The notes under the pieces: model-generated | Told to the model about the DNA's origin: nothing | What the model saw: the letters and a program-made list of their open reading frames with translations, nothing else | The model's database searches: none | Assembly (NCBI GenBank): GCA_021443235.1 | Contig: JABUUJ010000013.1 | Span: 4,480-37,025 of the forward strand | Source of the DNA: Muribaculaceae bacterium | Lineage (GTDB): Bacteria; Bacteroidota; Bacteroidia; Bacteroidales; Muribaculaceae | Reading direction: 5' to 3' | Length of the DNA: 32,546 nt | Program-made: the position numbers and the translations under genes | Shown: piece by piece, positions 27,001 through 32,546 of the stretch | How the letters are laid out: each line of letters starts with the position of its first letter | Numbering within the stretch: position 1 is the stretch's first letter

Positions 27001-28293
27001 ATGAGAAAAATTGAGTATAAAAATCGCATCGCTGATGGTATTCTTAACGATTATTTGGAGGCCATGGGGGCAGTATTGATTGTGGGACCAAAATGGTGTG
27101 GAAAGACCACGACTGCTGAGCAGGCGGCCAATAGCGTTGTCTATCTTTCTGATACGTCTTATCAGCAGCAGGACTTAATGGCCATCAATATAAGCCCGCA
27201 CATGGTGCTTGAAGGAGATACACCACGACTTATTGATGAGTGGCAGGAAGCTCCGCGCATTTGGGATGCGGTGAGACATGCTGTTGACCATCGTAATGAG
27301 TCGGGGCAGTTCATTCTGACTGGATCGGCTGTTCCTAACGAGGAGAAGCTCAAGGAAATACATCATACCGGTACTGGGCGGATAGGTCGTCTTGCGATGC
27401 GCCCTATGAGTTTATGGGAGTCGGGCGATTCAACAGGTCAGGTTAGCATTAGCGAACTATTTGATGGTCATACCAATATTGCCTGTATGGTGCCCGAAAA
27501 GACACTTGAACAGATTGGTTTTCTAATGTGCCGAGGTGGGTGGCCAGAATCATTGAAAAAGAAAACTGAAAAGGCGGCACTGCTTGTGGCAAGAGAGTAT
27601 TTCAAAGCTGTTGTGGAGCATGATATTTCGCGTGTAGACGGTGTGCTGAAGAATCCCGAGCGCGTCAAAAGGCTTATGCGTTCTTACGCACGCTTGCAGG
27701 GCTCGCAATCGTCATACAGTACTATATCGGACGATATTTCGCAGAACGAGTCCATGTCGTTGTCGGTTGATACGGTGGCACAATATATCAATGCTCTTAA
27801 ATCGATTTTTGTTATTGAGGATTCGCTGGCATGGAACCCTAACCTTAGGAGTAAAAGCGCGATACGCAGTAGCGACACCCGTTATTTTGTTGATCCATCA
27901 ATTACTGCCGCTTCGCTTGATGTTGGTCCCAAAGATTTTGTCAATGACTTGAATACAATGGGGTTTGTGTTTGAGTCAATGGCTGTGCGCGACTTGAGGT
28001 GCTATGCCGATGCCAACGAAGGCACCGTCTATCATTACCGTGATAGTAGCAACCTTGAGTGTGATGTGGTAATTCACATCGCTGGTGGGCGATATGGGCT
28101 GATTGAGGTTAAGTTGGGCGGTGATGCGCTTATTAATGAGGGCGCGAAAAATTTAATTGCTTTAGCAAATAAGATTAACACAACAAAGATGAAAGAGCCA
28201 TCTTTCTTGATGGTTTTGACCGCTGTTGGACCATGCGCTTATCGTCGTCCCGACGGCGTGCTGGTTGTGCCTATAACTTGTTTAAAGGATTAG
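27001..28293 (+). CDS. AAA_14-type ATPase with winged-HTH and DUF4143 / PD-(D/E)xK nuclease-like domain
   Basis: GPKWCGKT, RLIDEWQ, LTGS, RGGWP, SVDTVAQYINALKSIFVI, GFVFESMAVRDL, ECDVVI...LIEVKLG; AT-richer than flanks; start ATG 27001 downstream of the promoter. Confidence 0.88.
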   Translation: MRKIEYKNRIADGILNDYLEAMGAVLIVGPKWCGKTTTAEQAANSVVYLSDTSYQQQDLMAINISPHMVLEGDTPRLIDEWQEAPRIWDAVRHAVDHRNESGQFILTGSAVPNEEKLKEIHHTGTGRIGRLAMRPMSLWESGDSTGQVSISELFDGHTNIACMVPEKTLEQIGFLMCRGGWPESLKKKTEKAALLVAREYFKAVVEHDISRVDGVLKNPERVKRLMRSYARLQGSQSSYSTISDDISQNESMSLSVDTVAQYINALKSIFVIEDSLAWNPNLRSKSAIRSSDTRYFVDPSITAASLDVGPKDFVNDLNTMGFVFESMAVRDLRCYADANEGTVYHYRDSSNLECDVVIHIAGGRYGLIEVKLGGDALINEGAKNLIALANKINTTKMKEPSFLMVLTAVGPCAYRRPDGVLVVPITCLKD

Positions 28294-28296
28294 GGT

Positions 28297-29253
28297 ATGG
28301 AGAGGGTGATAAGGTTTTTGAAAGACTGGACGTTGCCGGTTGCGATTGTGCTGGGCACGACGCTGTATCTTGTGTTTGCCAATGTGTCGGCGCTTGACGG
28401 TGCTGCTCGTTTTTTTGATCCGATATTTGACGCTATTTTCCCGTTTTTCATGGCAATGATACTTTTCACCACGTTTTGCCGCGTCGATTTTCACAAGATG
28501 CGGTTAGCGTGGTGGCATTGGGCGATTGTTGTGGTGCAGGTTGTGCTGGTGGCGATTAACGCGGTGGTAATCATTGTGTTTGGGCTTGCGGGGAACGATT
28601 TGGTGCTTGCCGAGGGCTTGCTGTGCTGCGTCATTGCCCCGGGGGCGGCCGCCGCGCCGGTGGTGACTGGCAAACTTGGTGGCAATCTTGAGTCGATGAC
28701 CACCTACACGTTTGTGTCTAATTTCATCACTGCGCTCATGGTTCCGGTGGTGTTTCCGCTGGTCGATCATCATGTGACGGTGCCATTCATGGAGTCTTTT
28801 CTGAAGATAATGTCTAACGTGTGCCTGGTGCTTGTGGTGCCTATGGCCGCGGCCTATGTTGTGAAGCATTTCATGCCGCGCTTGCATGTGTGGATCACGT
28901 CGATTAGGGACTTGTCGTTCTATATGTGGGGCATCTCGCTAAGCATTGTCACTGGCTCGACGGTGAAATATATTGTGCATGCCGGCACTACGGTCATGTT
29001 TCTTGTCGTGATTGCGACTATCTCGCTTGTGGTGTGCCTGTTGCAGTTTGCGGTGGGGCGTGCATTGGGACGCCGGTCGGGCTTCAGCATCGAGAGCGGA
29101 CAAGGCTTGGGGCAGAAGAATACCGCCTTTGCCGTGTGGATCGCCTACACCTACCTCACGCCGCTATGCGCTGTGGGCCCCGGCTGCTACATTGTGTGGC
29201 AAAACACCATCAACAGCCTGGAAATCTACCGCCACCGCAAGAAACAACAATGA
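28297..29253 (+). CDS. Bile acid:sodium symporter (BASS)-like membrane transporter
   Basis: APGAAAAPVVTGKLGG, GQGLGQKNT motifs; about 10 TM segments. Confidence 0.82.
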   Translation: MERVIRFLKDWTLPVAIVLGTTLYLVFANVSALDGAARFFDPIFDAIFPFFMAMILFTTFCRVDFHKMRLAWWHWAIVVVQVVLVAINAVVIIVFGLAGNDLVLAEGLLCCVIAPGAAAAPVVTGKLGGNLESMTTYTFVSNFITALMVPVVFPLVDHHVTVPFMESFLKIMSNVCLVLVVPMAAAYVVKHFMPRLHVWITSIRDLSFYMWGISLSIVTGSTVKYIVHAGTTVMFLVVIATISLVVCLLQFAVGRALGRRSGFSIESGQGLGQKNTAFAVWIAYTYLTPLCAVGPGCYIVWQNTINSLEIYRHRKKQQ

Positions 29254-29277
29254 CTAATGGCGAATTTTGGGAAAAGG

Positions 29278-29317
29278 AAACCGCCGGGCCCTGTGGATGA
29301 GGGACCGGCGGTTTTTG
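29278..29317. terminator. Bidirectional terminator
   Basis: AAACCGCCGG.CCCT / AGGG.CCGGCGGTTT plus T run. Confidence 0.8.
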
Positions 29318-29358
29318 TTAGGGTGTGAAGTCCCCACGCGGTGTGGGGGCTGGGTGGA

Positions 29359-31536
29359 TTAGCGTTTCATAATCTTCACTCCGTTGACGATGTAGATGCC
29401 AGCGGGCAGATTGCTTATTGCGGCCGCGGGGGCATTGCTCAGCACGGGCATGCCCTGGAGGTTGTAAACGGTCACGTTCTCAACTGCTCCGATGATGTCC
29501 TGGATGCCGGTAGCGTTGTCGCTGATTACAACAATCTGAGTGCCGGGCTCAACAGCGATTGTGCTGTAGTCGGACACTGTGTCACCGTTGCGAGTCACGC
29601 TCTTGATGGTGTAGGTCTCATTGGCGGGCTCAACAAAGATTGAAGTGCATCCGCTGGGAATCTCGATAGTGTTGTCGCCGTCAACCAGTCCCTCGAAGAG
29701 GGTTTTCTGTGTGAGGCCAGGGATAATGCTGTGAGGCTTCATCCAACCCACGTTGACATAAGCGGCATGGTCGAGGTTGATGTTGAACACCTCGGGTTGA
29801 ACGGTCTCGACACGAACGACGGTGTTGCCAGTAACATCGAAGTTGATGAACGCGAGGCCGGGGATTGTAACGGGGGCCTTCTCTACGTCGTTGACATAGA
29901 CAACCACGTTGGTGATCTCGGTGTTGACGTTTACCGAAACGCTAGTGTTCTCGGCAACCTCAAAGCCTTCGGGAGCGTCGAAGCCTTCCTTAGCCTCGCC
30001 GCCGGCAGTAACGTTGGTGACATAGGCGCGAGCGTTGTCGTCGCCAAACTGGAACTTCACGTTGTAGAGAGTGGGAACGGTGGTAACTACAATCTGCATA
30101 TTGTTGCTGATGGGGTCAACCACAAATGTGCCACGGTTGCCGCTCACGGCGTTGCCGTTGGCAGTAACCTTTACCACGGGGTTCTGGCTGTCGAGGCTGC
30201 TGATAACCACTGCATACTCACCGGGATAGTAGACCACTGTCTCGTCGTTAGATGCAAGAGTTACCTTGCGCTCGCCATTGCCGCCGCGCACTGCTGCGCC
30301 CACGCGGGTGTAGTCGTCGCACTTGATTTGCACTGAGCCGGTCTCGGCGATGTGCTGTGTGGTGACTTTGAGTGTCATGCCGGCAACGATGGCGATGCTC
30401 TCGGCGCTGGGCACGGCGGCACCGTCAACGGTTACGCTCACGAGCTCATACATGGAGTCTTTGATCTTGACATAGAGGCACTTCCAGGTCTCGCCTGCGT
30501 TAACGCTGTTGAGGCCGTCGTTAAGTCCCGAGATTTCTACTGAGCGCTCTTGAGTGCCATAGAAGGGATGCTGATAGTCCTCTTTGTAACCCACCTCAAC
30601 GGCTGCTGCGTTGTCAAGGTTGATGTTGATGGGCGTCACTTGTGGCTGCTCGGTGTAAGCCTCGACAGAGGTGTTGCCGGTGACGGTGAAGATAATGCCA
30701 GAGAGCGGGCTTGCGGTCTGCACCTCGCCGTTAACCTTCACTTTCACGTTCTCAACGCTGCTGTCAATGGAGAGTTGCACTGTTGCGTCCTCCGCAGCCT
30801 CAAATCCAGCGGCAAAAGCCTCAACAGGCTCGTTGTTAACTGTTGCGCCAGTGATGTAACTGCGTGCGTTGTCGTCGATGAAGTTGAACGACACTTGGTA
30901 TTTGGTGAGCGAGCCTGGGTCGGTGATTGCCTCAACTCTCATGTTGTCAACCAGAGGCTGTACTACCCATCCGCCAAAACCTTTGCTGATTGTCTGTCCG
31001 TCAACCTTCACCTTGATGATGGGGTTGTTGTTGTCGGCCGAGGTGATGGCAAGCGCGTTGTCATCGGCATAGAAGGGGATGGCTTTGGGGCTGGCATCGA
31101 GTGTGACTGCGCGCGAGCCACTCTCACCGCGCATTTCCAGCGCTACGCGCCCGATGTTGTCGGTCGTGAAGATAATGTTGCCCGCCGCTCCAGCCTCACC
31201 GCTGGTGATGGTGATTTCCATGCCCTCGGTGATGGCGATTGCGCTCCAACCGGTTTCTTCAACCGAAGAACCGTTAACGGCAACGCTCTGGATTGTCGAC
31301 CCGCTTGTGGGAGCGACATAGAGCGAGGTGGCTTGGGTGCTGACTTCGACAATGTTCTCGCCATCGTTCTCAAGAGCAATGGGCGTCTTCATGTCGAGGA
31401 AGCCGTACATCTTGTAGTTGTAGCCAAAGTCAACGCGGGCTTTGTTGTCCACGTTTACCTTGACCGTAGTGGCCGATGCGCTCAAGCCCAGCAGGGCGAC
31501 AAGCATCAGCACTACAAAGGAGTAGAACTTTTTCAT
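29359..31536 (-). CDS. Secreted repeat beta-protein with a T9SS type A-like C-terminal sorting domain
   Basis: Signal peptide (..LSASA); A-B-C-A-B-C-A internal repeats; ends TGIQDI...VYNLQG...NLPAGIYIVNGVKIMKR. Confidence 0.8.
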   Translation of the reverse strand: MKKFYSFVVLMLVALLGLSASATTVKVNVDNKARVDFGYNYKMYGFLDMKTPIALENDGENIVEVSTQATSLYVAPTSGSTIQSVAVNGSSVEETGWSAIAITEGMEITITSGEAGAAGNIIFTTDNIGRVALEMRGESGSRAVTLDASPKAIPFYADDNALAITSADNNNPIIKVKVDGQTISKGFGGWVVQPLVDNMRVEAITDPGSLTKYQVSFNFIDDNARSYITGATVNNEPVEAFAAGFEAAEDATVQLSIDSSVENVKVKVNGEVQTASPLSGIIFTVTGNTSVEAYTEQPQVTPININLDNAAAVEVGYKEDYQHPFYGTQERSVEISGLNDGLNSVNAGETWKCLYVKIKDSMYELVSVTVDGAAVPSAESIAIVAGMTLKVTTQHIAETGSVQIKCDDYTRVGAAVRGGNGERKVTLASNDETVVYYPGEYAVVISSLDSQNPVVKVTANGNAVSGNRGTFVVDPISNNMQIVVTTVPTLYNVKFQFGDDNARAYVTNVTAGGEAKEGFDAPEGFEVAENTSVSVNVNTEITNVVVYVNDVEKAPVTIPGLAFINFDVTGNTVVRVETVQPEVFNINLDHAAYVNVGWMKPHSIIPGLTQKTLFEGLVDGDNTIEIPSGCTSIFVEPANETYTIKSVTRNGDTVSDYSTIAVEPGTQIVVISDNATGIQDIIGAVENVTVYNLQGMPVLSNAPAAAISNLPAGIYIVNGVKIMKR

Positions 31537-31578
31537 AAAGCAATAAAACTAATTGAGAATTTATAAAGTAGGTATTTA

Positions 31579-32301
31579 TTAGCCCAGGATGATGTTGATG
31601 ATGGCGTTGACATCGGCGATGTCGATAGTGCCGTCGGCGTTGACATCGGCGCGGCCGTCATACTTGCTGGCTTCCTCGCTGCCAAGGATTACGTTGATGA
31701 CTGCGTTAACGTCGGCTATATCCACTACGCCGTCGCCGTTAACGTCGCCAGGAATAGCGTCGCCAGGCAGAGTCACTGCGAAGTTGCCGGTGAGATTGGT
31801 CTTGGGGTTTCCCAGCAAGTTGTTCATGATAACGTAGCTCTCGGCGGGGAAGTCAATAAAGCCGTCTTTCATCTTGCCATAGTATTTCTCGCTGCCCTCA
31901 AGGATGCCCAGAATATCGGGAACGCGCTGATAGACGCAGAAGAGTTGTGGGTGCAGTGCGTAAATGGGCGAAGTAATCACCTTGTCGGGATTTTGTGCGT
32001 AGATGATAAATGGGCTCACTGTGTAGAACCACTCGCTGCCTTCGGGCAGGTCAAAGGGCTTCTTGTTGGTGCCGTCGGGCTCCACCCAATAGGTGTTGGG
32101 GGTTGCCTTGTTTTCCCAAATCTTGGCGGGCAGGTCATCCATGTAATCGGTGTTGAAGTAGTCGAAAATGCCACCGCTGTAAATGCCAATACCGAGGTAG
32201 TTCCACTCTTCGGGATTAAACTGGGGGGGCTCATAGGGTTCAAACGCTTTTGCCTGGAACGCAGCAAACAAGACTGCAAGAATAAAGAGAAGTTTTTTCA
32301 T
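31579..32301 (-). CDS. Secreted protein with C-terminal type I dockerin-like domain
   Basis: Signal peptide (..FQAKA); GDVNGDGVVDIADVNAVINVILG...ADVNADGTIDIADVNAIINIILG duplicated Ca-binding motif. Confidence 0.85.
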   Translation of the reverse strand: MKKLLFILAVLFAAFQAKAFEPYEPPQFNPEEWNYLGIGIYSGGIFDYFNTDYMDDLPAKIWENKATPNTYWVEPDGTNKKPFDLPEGSEWFYTVSPFIIYAQNPDKVITSPIYALHPQLFCVYQRVPDILGILEGSEKYYGKMKDGFIDFPAESYVIMNNLLGNPKTNLTGNFAVTLPGDAIPGDVNGDGVVDIADVNAVINVILGSEEASKYDGRADVNADGTIDIADVNAIINIILG

Positions 32302-32319
32302 ATAAATTTTTTGATTTAC

Positions 32320-32355
32320 GCTTCCTTTTGCCCCTGCGAAGGGGGCAAAGGAAGC
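32320..32355. other. GC-rich hairpin between dockerin-protein genes (terminator or mRNA stability element)
   Basis: GCTTCCTTTTGCCCCT-GCGA-AGGGGGCAAAGGAAGC. Confidence 0.55.
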
Positions 32356-32380
32356 AAGTTAAACAATAATTAATAATCTG

Positions 32381-32494
32381 AATACTTTAATATTTTAATA
32401 CTTGAATAAGTATTTAATATTTTGAATAATCTCAATATTTAAATACTTGAATATTCATTTCTCGCCATTAGCCATTAGCCATTAGCCATTAGCC
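32381..32494. repeat. Degenerate 8-mer array (AATAYTTN) joined to a (GCCATTA)x4 heptamer overlapping a stop codon
   Basis: AATACTTT AATATTTT AATACTTG...AATATTCA 32381-32457; GCCATTA at 32464, 32471, 32478, 32485. Confidence 0.8.
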
Positions 32495-32546
32495 CAAAAT
32501 GATGTTGATGATGGCGTTGACATCGGCGATGTCGATGGTGCCGTCG
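32489..32546 (-). CDS. 3' end of another dockerin-tipped protein (truncated by window)
   Basis: Reads DGTIDIADVNAIINIILG* on the minus strand; 55/58 nt identical to 31579-31636. Confidence 0.85.
   Translation of the reverse strand, partial: DGTIDIADVNAIINIILG

Noticed and set aside
3913..31566. Long antisense ORFs (e.g. 3913-5322, 5223-6251, 6476-7711, 15657-16847, 20199-21110, 22554-23471, 30550-31566)
   Set aside because: Shadow frames of well-supported genes with high third-position GC; no recognisable motifs.
31579..32546. Diversity-generating retroelement TR/VR pair
   Set aside because: The three differences are synonymous C/T changes on the coding strand, not adenine-specific, and no reverse transcriptase is present.

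Overview
Bacteroidales chromosomal window. The lineage is inferred as probably Muribaculaceae-like from TAnnTTTG promoters, a SusD-type gene end, a T9SS-like C-terminal domain and dockerin-tipped secreted proteins. Most of it is housekeeping, envelope and transport genes: manC-like, Lrp/AsnC, 2-hydroxyacid dehydrogenase, mtaB, two FKBP PPIases, MATE, OMPLA, serS, Na/Pi cotransporter, aminotransferase and a tRNA(CAT), probably Ile2. The most unusual signals are non-coding. (1) Two divergent, AT-richer, stand-alone AAA_14/DUF4143-type ATPase-nuclease genes each carry their own 4-copy phased direct-repeat array just upstream: an 18-bp repeat with unique 15-bp spacers at exact 33-bp period (with an inverted copy beyond the stop codon), and a 23-bp tandem repeat. 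A third, orphan 22-bp-period array lies at 13381. (2) Short-period (6/7/8/9-bp) tandem arrays start at or just after stop codons, including a composite 9-mer+7-mer element present twice in inverted orientation and a (TTTAGGG)4 G-quadruplex-capable tract. (3) Two promoter-plus-terminator bounded candidate small RNAs lie next to the tRNA, and an 'empty' promoter follows a TPR-LuxR regulator. No CRISPR-cas, transposase, integrase or reverse transcriptase gene is visible. All family calls come from motif recognition by eye; no database searches were run.
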